DNA from: an uncultured Acidimicrobiia bacterium
GTDB taxonomy: Bacteria > Actinomycetota > Acidimicrobiia > Spongiisociales > UBA5794
NCBI GenBank assembly: GCA_964195545.1
Contig: CAXMQQ010000019.1
Span: 23,581 to 87,580 of the forward strand
DNA length: 64,000 bases
Direction of reading: 5' to 3'
The notes under the pieces were generated by a model, which made no database searches, was not told where the DNA came from, and saw nothing but the letters and a program-made list of their open reading frames with translations. The translations under genes were made by a program, and so were the position numbers. Below are positions 47,258 to 55,934 of the stretch, piece by piece (position 1 is the first letter of the stretch; each line of letters starts with the position of its first letter).

Positions 47258-48319
47258 ATGGCGGGGATCGTGGCGTTCCTCGTTGCCCCCATGATCCGAG
47301 TCCTGCACCAACGCTTCCACTGGCCACGGTGGTTGGCTCTCGGAATTGGATATCTCGTCGTCCTGATCGTCTCGCTGCTCTTGATGGCGATCCTCGCTGT
47401 CGGCATCACGCAGTCCCTCGCCGGCGTCGACGTCGCAGGGATGGAAGAGACCTCGCGAGGGGTCGCCCAGTGGTTCGTCGATGAGACAGAAGGACTCGTC
47501 ATCTTCGGTATCGGCATCGACATGACCGAGATCACCGAGCCAATCCGAACGTGGTTGGCCGACGAGTCCGTTTCAGGTGCCGACGGTGGCGGGATCAAGA
47601 TCGATGCGGAGGCCCTTCAACGCTTGCTCGGCGGTGCGTTCAACTCGATCAGGACGGTGACGGGTCTGATCACGGCGATGGTCATGTCGGCCCTGATCAC
47701 GATGATGATCGCGATATACCTCAACGCGGACAGCACCAAGCTCTATCAGTGGATCGACAGGATGGTCCCACCAAGCTACGAACGGGACGCAGTTCTGTTA
47801 TCCGACCGGGTTGGTGGTGTCTGGCGCGGCTACGTCTATGGACAGTTGATCAACAGCCTGATCACAGGAGTCATGGTGTTCCTCGTGCTTGCACTCGTCG
47901 GCGTCCAGGGAGCCTTCCTGATGGGCGTGATCATGATGCTCTTCAACATGATCCCGACGTTCGGGCCGATCATTGCCGCATTCCCTGGCGTCATCGCGGC
48001 CCTCGTGGGCGGTTCGACACGCTGGCCCGACATGAACAACTTCCTTTTCGCCTTGATCGTCGCAGGCATCTACGTCGTGGTCGTCCAGGCTCAGGCGAAC
48101 ATCATTGCGCCGAAGGTGATGGGGAGGGCAGTGCGGCTCTCCCCTGTGATCATCATGATCTCGCTGATAGTTGGGTTCAACGTCGCCGGCCTGATCGGAT
48201 CGCTCCTCGCTGTTCCGGTCGTTGCTTCGATCAAGGAGATCGTGTCGTATCTGTATGCGAAGGTGGTGGACCGAGAGCCCTTTGTGAACGGCAACGGCCA
48301 CGGAACGGTCAAGGACTGA
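47258..48319 (+). CDS. AI-2E (PerM/YdiK) family transporter; real N-terminus probably lies upstream of the listed ATG
   Basis: 353 aa from ATG 47258. The same frame stays open back to 46976 and encodes a further TM helix (IAVAVGLVVFAAIVLWF), but contains no ATG, GTG or TTG. Confidence 0.8.
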   Translation: MAGIVAFLVAPMIRVLHQRFHWPRWLALGIGYLVVLIVSLLLMAILAVGITQSLAGVDVAGMEETSRGVAQWFVDETEGLVIFGIGIDMTEITEPIRTWLADESVSGADGGGIKIDAEALQRLLGGAFNSIRTVTGLITAMVMSALITMMIAIYLNADSTKLYQWIDRMVPPSYERDAVLLSDRVGGVWRGYVYGQLINSLITGVMVFLVLALVGVQGAFLMGVIMMLFNMIPTFGPIIAAFPGVIAALVGGSTRWPDMNNFLFALIVAGIYVVVVQAQANIIAPKVMGRAVRLSPVIIMISLIVGFNVAGLIGSLLAVPVVASIKEIVSYLYAKVVDREPFVNGNGHGTVKD

Positions 48320-48320
48320 G

Positions 48321-49865
48321 ATGGAGAAGGTGCACGCCGACGCTGTCGTGATAGGGGCAGGGCTCGGAGGTCTCGGAGCAGCGGGCTATCTCGCCAGGGA
48401 GGGGCACCGCGTTGTGGTGCTTGAACACCACGCCGTACCGGGTGGCTATGCCCACGAGTTCACGCGGCAGGGCTTCCGCTTCGAGGTCGCCCTTCATGCT
48501 CTCGACGGAGCCGGTTCAGGTGGTTGGCTCCATCCCATGCTCAAGGACCTCGGTGTCCTGGACCGGGTCGAGATCACGAGACTCGATCCGTTCTACACAA
48601 CCCGGTTCCCGGATTACGAGATCACTGTTCCCGCCGATCTGTCCGGCTACCTGCTCGAACTGAAATCCGTGTTCCCCCACGAGGCGGAGGGCATCGACGG
48701 CCTGTTCGCTGCGATCGGGCGGGTCGCCGCTGACGTAGGCCGGTACACGAAGGAGAGCAAGCGGGGGGTTCGAGCCACGCCGATTGAGATGATGGAACGC
48801 TTCCCCGACATGGCGATCGCGTTCTCCCAGGACTGGCAGACCTTCATGAGTCGGTACGTCACAGACACTCAACTCCAGGCCGTCGTCTCAACCCTCTGGG
48901 GATACCTGGGCCTCCCGCCGTCCAAGGTATCGGCGGGATTGCTCGCCCTCGTCATCAACAGCTATCACACTTCGGGTGCCTGGTACCCGAGGGGCGGGAG
49001 CCAGGCGATGAGTCGCGCGATCGTCGAAGGGATCAACACCCACGGAGGAGAGGTTCGCTTCAGGACCCGCGTGACCCGGATCGAAGTGAACGACGGGCGA
49101 GCGGTGGCCGTCGAAACGAACAAGGGACTGCGGGTCGAGGCGGACGTCATCGTGTCGAACGCCAGTCCGTTGGCAACAGTGGCGATGATGGGCAGAGACC
49201 ATCTTGAAGAGCGATTCCTCTCCGGTGTCGATCGGGACGTGCCGGCGATGTCGAATCTCGTGGTCTATCTCGGCCTTGATCGCGATCTCGTTGCTGAGGG
49301 TTGGGACCACCACGAGTTCTTCCTTTCCGACGGTTACGACACGGATGCCGACTACGCGGCGATGGTGTCCGGCGATTTCTCGAAGACAGGGATGGTGATC
49401 GCCAACTACACCGACTCAGACCCCGGTTGTGCCCCGGAAGGCAAGAGCGTGCTCGTGATGCTGTCGCTCGCTCCCTGGGGATACGACAACGTGTGGGGGA
49501 CGGGCGGCGACCTGACCGGGTACTCCGAGAACCCCAATTATCTGCGGATCAAGGAAGAGGCGGCGAATCACCTGATCGACCGGGCCGAGGCGCTCATACC
49601 CGGACTGAGGGATTCGATCGTCGTCAAAGAGATCGGAACTCCACTCACAAACGTCCGATACGGACTCAACCAGGGTGGGAGTATCTACGGACGAGAGCAG
49701 ACGGTCGAGAACATGCTCAACCGGAGGAGCCCGACGTCGTCGATCCCGAATCTCCTCTTCGCCGGCGCGTGGGTCGGTGGGGGCGGCATGAGTGCCGCTC
49801 TCGCGTCTGGACGAACGGCCGCATCGATCGCAGGAAAGATCCTTTCAGGGCAACGGGACACGTAG
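48321..49865 (+). CDS. FAD-dependent oxidoreductase, phytoene-desaturase (CrtI)-like family
   Basis: 514 aa. N-terminal dinucleotide fold DAVVIGAGLGGLGAAGYLAREGHRVVVLE. Starts 1 nt after the AI-2E stop. Confidence 0.8.
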   Translation: MEKVHADAVVIGAGLGGLGAAGYLAREGHRVVVLEHHAVPGGYAHEFTRQGFRFEVALHALDGAGSGGWLHPMLKDLGVLDRVEITRLDPFYTTRFPDYEITVPADLSGYLLELKSVFPHEAEGIDGLFAAIGRVAADVGRYTKESKRGVRATPIEMMERFPDMAIAFSQDWQTFMSRYVTDTQLQAVVSTLWGYLGLPPSKVSAGLLALVINSYHTSGAWYPRGGSQAMSRAIVEGINTHGGEVRFRTRVTRIEVNDGRAVAVETNKGLRVEADVIVSNASPLATVAMMGRDHLEERFLSGVDRDVPAMSNLVVYLGLDRDLVAEGWDHHEFFLSDGYDTDADYAAMVSGDFSKTGMVIANYTDSDPGCAPEGKSVLVMLSLAPWGYDNVWGTGGDLTGYSENPNYLRIKEEAANHLIDRAEALIPGLRDSIVVKEIGTPLTNVRYGLNQGGSIYGREQTVENMLNRRSPTSSIPNLLFAGAWVGGGGMSAALASGRTAASIAGKILSGQRDT

Positions 49866-49912
49866 CGCTCCACCGCAAGCTCGGCAGCGCCGGGCCTCCA
49901 TAGACTGGCGTC

Positions 49913-51574
49913 GTGTCTCAGTCTGTAGCCCCCCTCAAGATCAATCGATTCCGAGCACTATGGCTCGCCGCGATCTTCTCCAATGTCGGTTCGTTCCTCC
50001 AGGCAGTAGCGGCTTCATGGCTGATGCTCGAATTGACCGGCTCGGCACTTTGGGTCGGGGTCATGTCAGCGTCGTCGACGCTTCCACTCCTTGTCTTCTC
50101 TCTTCCAGCGGGTGCCATCGCCGACATGTTCGATCGGCGAAAGGTCCTGATCGTGGCCCAGATGACGATGGGTGGTTCAGCGGCGGCGATGGCGATCCTG
50201 ACAGCCGCCGGTTTGATCACCCCCGGCATGTTGCTCGGCCTCGGGTTGTTGCTGGGAACGGGACTCGCGTTCAATCTTCCGTCCTGGCAGGCGACCGTTC
50301 CAGACCTTGTCCCTCGGGGGTTGGTTGCGAGTGCCGTGGCTCTCAATTCTGCTGCGTTCAACGTGGCGCGTGCGATCGGGCCGGCGCTCGGAGGGCTCAT
50401 CGTTGCTGTCGCTGGGGCGCAAGTGGCGTTCGGGCTGAACGCCCTGTCATATCTCGGCGTGATCGTGGTCCTCGTGGTCCTGGCGAAAGTCATGGACTCT
50501 CCCGATCGGGAACAAGCGTCGATGCGAAACGCGATCGCTCTCGGAGTGCGCTTCGCCAGATTCACACCGTCGTTCCGCAAGGTGATGGCCGTTGCCGCGA
50601 TGTTCGCGTTGACTTCTTCAGTGATCCAGTCCGTGCTTCCGGTCCGCACCGAAGAGCTGGGAGGGGGAGCTGGAGCGTTCGGTCTGCTCCTGGGAGCGAT
50701 GGGAGTCGGCGCTCTGTTGGGGGCATTCACCCGAGATCCCGTCACATCAGCACTCGGCCGATGGTCGTTGCCGGCCACGGTCACGCTGGTTGGGATCGCA
50801 GGTGTCGCTCTTGGCCTTGCTCCGTCGATGGGGCTGGCGTTCGCCGCCCTCGTGGTCGTCGGACTCGCCTGGGTGTGGACCCTCGCAAACCTGAACGCAA
50901 CGGCGCAACTCATGTCCCCGGAGTGGGTAAGAGGTCGAGCGATGGGGTTGTACATGCTGTCGTTCGCCGGGACGCTCCCGCTTGGCGCCATCATGTCCGG
51001 TTGGATCGCCGACCGAATCGGAGCGGGCGGTGCAGAGATCGTTCTCTCCTCGCTCGGAATTGCGCTCGGGCTCATCGTGGTCCCCGCCCTCAGAATCCCC
51101 GCTCTGAGCGATGTCATCACCCCGGAGTTCACGGACGAAAGGGTCTTCCTTCCGCACGTCGACACCGAAGGAGGACCCGTTCTGATGACGGCGACCTGGG
51201 AGATTGGCCGTTCGGATCTCGCGGAGTTTCTCGAGGTGATGCGAGAGGTTCGACTCGTTCGTCTGAGGACCGGCGCATACCGCTGGCGCCTCTATCGGGA
51301 CGCCTCAGACCCACATCGATTGACCGAGGTGTTCCTAACGCGCTCATGGGAAGAGCATCTCGCACAGCACCGACGCATCGACGACGTTTCGCGGGAGGTT
51401 CTCCACCGGGCTCGAGCGTTCGGTCAATCCGGTGGTCCACGAACCAGACACCTCGTGGCCGTGGACATGGAGAGCTCCGACGACTGGGATGCGCTCATCG
51501 AGTCGCACGCCCAGTATCACGCGAGTGATGGTTCGATCCCGCTCGATCGATCGACCGATCCGAATTCCGCGTGA
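49913..51574 (+). CDS. MFS transporter (EntS/MFS_3-like) with about 150-aa cytoplasmic C-terminal domain
   Basis: 553 aa, GTG start. About 12 TM segments. The tail ...WEIGRSDLAEFLEVMREVRLVRLRTGAYRWRLYRD...SWEEHLAQHRR looks like an ABM/dimeric alpha-beta-barrel. Confidence 0.8.
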   Translation: MSQSVAPLKINRFRALWLAAIFSNVGSFLQAVAASWLMLELTGSALWVGVMSASSTLPLLVFSLPAGAIADMFDRRKVLIVAQMTMGGSAAAMAILTAAGLITPGMLLGLGLLLGTGLAFNLPSWQATVPDLVPRGLVASAVALNSAAFNVARAIGPALGGLIVAVAGAQVAFGLNALSYLGVIVVLVVLAKVMDSPDREQASMRNAIALGVRFARFTPSFRKVMAVAAMFALTSSVIQSVLPVRTEELGGGAGAFGLLLGAMGVGALLGAFTRDPVTSALGRWSLPATVTLVGIAGVALGLAPSMGLAFAALVVVGLAWVWTLANLNATAQLMSPEWVRGRAMGLYMLSFAGTLPLGAIMSGWIADRIGAGGAEIVLSSLGIALGLIVVPALRIPALSDVITPEFTDERVFLPHVDTEGGPVLMTATWEIGRSDLAEFLEVMREVRLVRLRTGAYRWRLYRDASDPHRLTEVFLTRSWEEHLAQHRRIDDVSREVLHRARAFGQSGGPRTRHLVAVDMESSDDWDALIESHAQYHASDGSIPLDRSTDPNSA

Positions 51575-51635
51575 CGTTCGTTCCCCTGAAACCACATTGC
51601 CAATGCAGCTGGTGACCCGGTAGCGTCGCGGTTCC

Positions 51636-52283
51636 ATGGGGATATCCACAGACAAGCGATTTCGGGTCTGCGCAGGGCTGTTCGGCGCCTTCCTGCTGCT
51701 GACGGCGATCGTCGTTGCTGGGTGGACGCAATCGGTCGACGACGCGTGGCTGTCGTTGATGGAGGATCTGGAAGTCCCGTGGCTCCTGTCTGTGGCGGAG
51801 CTGTTTCACCACCTCGGGTCGGTTCCCATCGCCCTTGTGGCCAGCGTTCTGATCGCCGTCATGTTCGTCATCGCAAGGAGATGGTGGGCATTCTGGACTT
51901 GGTTCACGATCGTTGCCGGGGCGCGGGTCTTTTCCACGATCACGAAGCTGTTGGTGGATCGGCCGCGCCCAGTCGATTCGCTCGTCCACGAGTCCTCTGC
52001 GTCGTATCCGTCGGCGCACGCGATGGTGTCGGGCGCCGCAATGGGGATCGGACTGGCTGTGATCCTCGGGACCATGTGGCCACGCCGGAATCGGCTGATC
52101 CTCGGCATCGGTATCGCGTACGCCGTGGTCATGGCCTGGAGCCGCACATATCTGCGGGTCCATTGGCTCACCGATGTGGTGGGCGGCCTTCTCTTCGGTT
52201 CCGCGATCGTCTGTCTGGTCGCGGCGGCGGCGATTCAGCGTCGCCGAGATGTTCGGGATGGCGTTGACGAACTCGGCGAGTAG
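51636..52283 (+). CDS. PAP2-family phosphatase
   Basis: 215 aa. Acid-phosphatase motifs KLLVDRPRP, SYPSAH and SRTYLRVHWLTDV. Confidence 0.85.
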   Translation: MGISTDKRFRVCAGLFGAFLLLTAIVVAGWTQSVDDAWLSLMEDLEVPWLLSVAELFHHLGSVPIALVASVLIAVMFVIARRWWAFWTWFTIVAGARVFSTITKLLVDRPRPVDSLVHESSASYPSAHAMVSGAAMGIGLAVILGTMWPRRNRLILGIGIAYAVVMAWSRTYLRVHWLTDVVGGLLFGSAIVCLVAAAAIQRRRDVRDGVDELGE

Positions 52284-52538
52284 TCGGTCCCTGGTACGCG
52301 CAGCGCGTCGTCGCTCCACCTCCGCTCCGAACACCGACCCGTTGTCGCCATCTCGACCGACGACGCTCCCACATTCATCCAGGAACGGCTCGGTCACGCG
52401 TCGATCAAGACCACCGTGGATACCTACGGGTACCTGTTCGAGGGCCTGAATGAGCCTGCCGCCGACCGCCTTGATGCGACCTACGGGGTTTCTGAGGTGC
52501 ACGCGGACGAATTCCGGGGTTGCTGCTCCAACCGCTGA
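52284..52538 (+). pseudogene. Tyrosine recombinase (phage integrase) C-terminal remnant
   Basis: Hand translation ...SLHLRSEHRPVVAISTDDAPTFIQERLGHASIKTTVDTYGYLFEG...*. The LGHxSIxTTxxxYxHL-type motif with the catalytic Tyr is present. The frame opens at the PAP2 stop, has no start codon and holds only about 84 codons. Confidence 0.7.
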
Positions 52539-52543
52539 ATGAC

Positions 52544-52572
52544 CGAAACCCCTTGCTGTGCAAGGGGTTTCG
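52544..52572. terminator. Perfect 12-bp stem hairpin between the integrase remnant and the tRNA-Ile 3' end
   Basis: cgaaaccccttg (52544-52555), loop ctgtg, caaggggtttcg (52561-52572). Begins 4 nt downstream of the tRNA-Ile 3' end on the minus strand. Confidence 0.5.
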
Positions 52573-52576
52573 TCCG

Positions 52577-52651
52577 TGGGCCCACCTGGATTTGAACCAG
52601 GGACCTCATCCTTATCAGGGATGCGCTCTAACCAGGCTGAGCTATGGGCCC
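52577..52651 (-). tRNA. tRNA-Ile (anticodon GAT)
   Basis: Hand-folded cloverleaf: GGGCCCA-TA-GCTC..GAGC-G-CATCC-CTGATAA-GGATG-AGGTC-CCTGG-TTCAAAT-CCAGG-TGGGCCC-A. No encoded CCA. Confidence 0.92.
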
Positions 52652-52734
52652 GCGGAGCGAGAACGATAGCAAACAGGGAGCCGTAGAGACCAGGCCGGGA
52701 ATAGCCTGACCGTAGAAAGCGATCTCTGGACATC

Positions 52735-53592
52735 ATGACTCAGGCACAACTCGTCGGCATCTCTGGCAGCCTCCGCGCCGCCTCCTACAACACGGCGCTG
52801 CTCCGCGCCGCGTTCGAGAACCTGCCCGACAGGGTTACGGCGAGCCTCTCCTCGCTCAAAGGCATTCCTCTATTCGACCAGGACGAACTGAAGGAGCACG
52901 GGACGCCTGCCTCCGTGAACGAACTTCGCTCGGCGGTCGCCGCAGCGGACGGAATCGTCTTTGCCACGCCCGAGTACAACTGGTCGGTCACAGGAGCGAT
53001 GAAGAACGCCATCGACTGGCTCTCGGGCGGGCCGAATTCACCGCTCGACTTCAAACCGGCAGCGATCATCGGCATTGGGGGCGGATCAGGGACTGCTCGC
53101 TCGCAGGAGCACCTCCGTGACATCCTGGGACACAACAGCCTCTGCATCCTCGCGGATCCCCAGGTCATGGTCAGCGGCCTCGGCGAGCGATTCGACGGGC
53201 TCGAACTTGTCGACGATGGCGTCAAGAGCGAACTCGACAGCATGGTGAATGGCCTCCTCCGACTCGTTGAGCGGTCTCGCTCAAGGGAACGTCTCGAAGT
53301 AGACGGGGCGGTGCTCATCGTCGGAGCGGTCGATCAGCAGACAGCCACGGCCGCGAGAAGTCTCGTGGAGATGGGCTACCGAACGCTGCAGGCATCCTCA
53401 GTGATCGACGCCGAACGGATTCTCACCAAGAGACCTGTGGCCGCGATGGTGTTGGATCCTGCGATTGCGACGGTCGATCGGGTTCGTATCGATACCGCCG
53501 CTGGTGATCTTCCGGTCGTCATCGCTACTGATCCTGCGACGGTTGGGGCGGCGGTCGATGACACCCTTCGCTACGGCACCGACCCCGGGTAG
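52735..53592 (+). CDS. NADPH-dependent FMN reductase fused to a C-terminal receiver-like extension
   Basis: 285 aa. N-terminal 185 aa are flavodoxin-like (LVGISGSLRAASYNTALL...FATPEYNWSVTGAMKNAIDW). C-terminal 95 aa read AVLIVGAVDQQ...VAAMVLDPAI...LPVVIATD. Confidence 0.75.
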   Translation: MTQAQLVGISGSLRAASYNTALLRAAFENLPDRVTASLSSLKGIPLFDQDELKEHGTPASVNELRSAVAAADGIVFATPEYNWSVTGAMKNAIDWLSGGPNSPLDFKPAAIIGIGGGSGTARSQEHLRDILGHNSLCILADPQVMVSGLGERFDGLELVDDGVKSELDSMVNGLLRLVERSRSRERLEVDGAVLIVGAVDQQTATAARSLVEMGYRTLQASSVIDAERILTKRPVAAMVLDPAIATVDRVRIDTAAGDLPVVIATDPATVGAAVDDTLRYGTDPG

Positions 53593-53624
53593 CCTCGAAT
53601 TTCACGAAACCTCTGGGAGGCACA

Positions 53625-54077
53625 ATGCGCGACTGGGTCATGCTGTTTCACGTCCTATCCATCATCGTCTGGATGGGCGGATCGATCTATGTCGAGGCAT
53701 TGATGGCGGCCGCCGGGCGGGGAGGCGACGACGGTGCGTTCGTGACAGTGTTCCGGAAGGTTGGGACAACGAACCGACGGATCTTCAACCTTGCGGGTGT
53801 CTCGACCATCGTGTTCGGCTTCTGGCTGGTCTTCATTTCCCCAGGGTGGGAGTTCGAGATGATCTGGATCACCATGGGGATACTCCTCTCGACGATCGCC
53901 GTCGTCATCGACTTCTTCTACGCCACGCCCCGTACCGACCGCGTGGAGAGGATGACCGACGACCCCGAGCAGTCGGAAGACGCGATCAACGCCGTCATCA
54001 AGCAGGTCATCGCCGCCGGGCATGCCAGGGTTGGATTGCTCTTTGTGGCGTTCGTCTTCATGATCTTCAAGTTCTGA
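53625..54077 (+). CDS. Hypothetical 4-TM membrane protein (DUF2269/CopD-like)
   Basis: 150 aa starting MRDWVMLFHVLSIIVWMGGSIYVEALM..., with four hydrophobic helices. Confidence 0.6.
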   Translation: MRDWVMLFHVLSIIVWMGGSIYVEALMAAAGRGGDDGAFVTVFRKVGTTNRRIFNLAGVSTIVFGFWLVFISPGWEFEMIWITMGILLSTIAVVIDFFYATPRTDRVERMTDDPEQSEDAINAVIKQVIAAGHARVGLLFVAFVFMIFKF

Positions 54078-54120
54078 CGCGTTCGGCATGGCCGACCTAC
54101 CGGTACACTCCCGATCACAC

Positions 54121-54193
54121 GGGGACGTAGCTCAGTTGGGAGAGCACCTGGTTTGCAACCAGGGGGTCGTCGGTTCGAGTCCGATCGTCTCCA
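54121..54193 (+). tRNA. tRNA-Ala (anticodon TGC)
   Basis: Hand-folded: GGGGACG-TA-GCTC..GAGC-A-CCTGG-TTTGCAA-CCAGG-GGGTC-GTCGG-TTCGAGT-CCGAT-CGTCTCC-A. Includes the G3-U70 Ala identity pair. No encoded CCA. Confidence 0.92.
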
Positions 54194-54217
54194 CGCTCGT
54201 CACCCTGGGAGGGTTCT

Positions 54218-55375
54218 GTGGAAACCGCAGTGATCATTGACGCCGTTCGAACCCCGATGGGGAAACGGAATGGACCTCTCGCTGAATGGCATCCGGCCGA
54301 CCTCGCAGCCGAGACGCTGATCGCCCTCGCTGAGCGCAACAGCCTCGATCCCGTCCTCGTCGATGACGTGATCATGGGCTGTGTCTCTCAGGTTGGGGAG
54401 CAGACGTTCAACATAGGGCGGAATGCCGTGCTCGGCGCGGGATGGCCCGAGACAGTGCCTGGCGTCACGATCGACCGGCAGTGTGGATCCAGTCAACAAG
54501 CCGCCCACTTCGCGGCGCAAGGTGTGATGGCCGGTGTCTACGACGTGGTGGTGGCCGCCGGTGTCGAGTCGATGAGTCGAGTTCCGATGGGGATCTCATT
54601 CTCCCAGGGACCAGGGAAGCCCTTCGGTCCGAAGATGTCGACCCGCTACGACCACCGCCTCGTCCCCCAGGGGATCTCTGCCGAGATGATCGCTGAGCAA
54701 TGGTCGCTATCCCGGGAGGATCTCGATCAGATCGCCTATGACTCGCAGATGAGAGCCCACCGGGCCACCGAAGAAGGCCGATTCGAGTCGCAGATCATCC
54801 CCATCGAAGTCAAAGGACTCGACGATCCGGCGGTTCTGGACGGCGGGATCCGTCCATCGACGACCGTTGAGGTACTCGGCGGATTGAAACCAGTCTTCAA
54901 AGAAGACGGTGTTGTCACGGCAGGGAATTCGTCACAGATCACCGATGGTGCCGCAGCGGTCCTCATTATGAGTGAGACCAAAGCAAGGGCGCTTGGCCTG
55001 CGATCGCGGGCGACCTTCAAGGGCTTCTCCGTTGTCGGAACGGATCCCGTCACGATGCTCACCGGACCGATCCCCGCCACAGACAAGGTGCTGGCCAAGG
55101 CCGGGCTCTCGATCGACGACATAGGCCTTTTCGAGATCAACGAGGCCTTCGCATCCGTCGTTGGTGCCTGGCTCCACGACACCGGAGCCGATTGGGACCG
55201 GGTGAACGTCAACGGTGGTGCGATTGCCCTCGGTCACCCCCTCGGAGCATCAGGGGCACGCCTGATGACGACCCTTCTTCACGAGATGGAACGCTCAGGG
55301 ACCCGGTACGGGCTTCAGGCGATGTGCGAAGGAGGGGGCACCGCCAACGGAACGATCCTCGAACTCGCCGGCTGA
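54218..55375 (+). CDS. Acetyl-CoA C-acetyltransferase (thiolase)
   Basis: 385 aa, GTG start. Active-site Cys region TIDRQCGSSQQA, and C-terminal NVNGGAIALGHPLGASG...CEGGG. Confidence 0.9.
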   Translation: METAVIIDAVRTPMGKRNGPLAEWHPADLAAETLIALAERNSLDPVLVDDVIMGCVSQVGEQTFNIGRNAVLGAGWPETVPGVTIDRQCGSSQQAAHFAAQGVMAGVYDVVVAAGVESMSRVPMGISFSQGPGKPFGPKMSTRYDHRLVPQGISAEMIAEQWSLSREDLDQIAYDSQMRAHRATEEGRFESQIIPIEVKGLDDPAVLDGGIRPSTTVEVLGGLKPVFKEDGVVTAGNSSQITDGAAAVLIMSETKARALGLRSRATFKGFSVVGTDPVTMLTGPIPATDKVLAKAGLSIDDIGLFEINEAFASVVGAWLHDTGADWDRVNVNGGAIALGHPLGASGARLMTTLLHEMERSGTRYGLQAMCEGGGTANGTILELAG

Positions 55376-55592
55376 CCACAGGGGATTGCGCCCGCTATCG
55401 GCTTTCCATGTCCGGTACACATACGGAACGGCGCCGTCTTCTCCCCAGGCTGTGGACCAATCCGTGGATAACTACACGTGTGTAATTCTCGGTTCCAACG
55501 AAACGGCACTAGTCGCGAATTGCCCTTGTTGGCTCCGATGAGGAGTACCCGGTATCTTGTAGACGGTCAGCGACGAAGCACGCTTCTACCGA

Positions 55593-55850
55593 CTACCGAT
55601 AGTTCAGGGTCATAGCGAAGCCGACGCCGATCATCGCCAGACCACCGAGCAGGTAGAGATTCGACGTCCCTCCCGGCAGGATCGCCATGTAGTTGATGAG
55701 GATCACGATGATCCCAACGGCCATGAGTCCAAACATCGTGGCGACGTACCAGGTTGGCGATGCGCCCTTGTCTTCTACCTGACTGGCGGCAGGATTCTTC
55801 GGTGGGGTTGGTCGCTTGTTGGCCTTCTTACGGCCTTTCGAAACTGGCAT
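55593..55850 (-). CDS. crgA: Cell division protein CrgA
   Basis: ORF 55593..55901 trimmed to ATG 55850 (MPVSKGRKKANKR...). Two TM helices and conserved SPTWYVATMFGLM. Confidence 0.88.
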   Translation of the reverse strand: MPVSKGRKKANKRPTPPKNPAASQVEDKGASPTWYVATMFGLMAVGIIVILINYMAILPGGTSNLYLLGGLAMIGVGFAMTLNYR

Positions 55851-55934
55851 GGGGAGAAGCGTAGCCACCCGCGGCTCGCATCCCAACGAGAGATCTGTCA
55901 CCGTTGTGTGGTCTCATCGGTACGCTGAGTCATC

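Noticed and set aside
49792-51528. 578-aa alternate-frame ORF and the 415-aa antisense ORF (49918..51165) over the MFS gene
   Set aside because: Extremely Arg-rich or Ala/Pro-rich translations. The MFS frame has 12 coherent TM helices and family motifs.
51641-51650. gatatccaca, identical to the first oriC box, at the start of the PAP2 gene
   Set aside because: An isolated 10-mer inside coding sequence (MGISTDK). Expected occasionally by chance.
51495-52736. 413-aa minus-strand ORF
   Set aside because: It runs antisense through the PAP2 gene and straight across the tRNA-Ile gene and the integrase remnant. The composition is Arg/Asp/His-rich.
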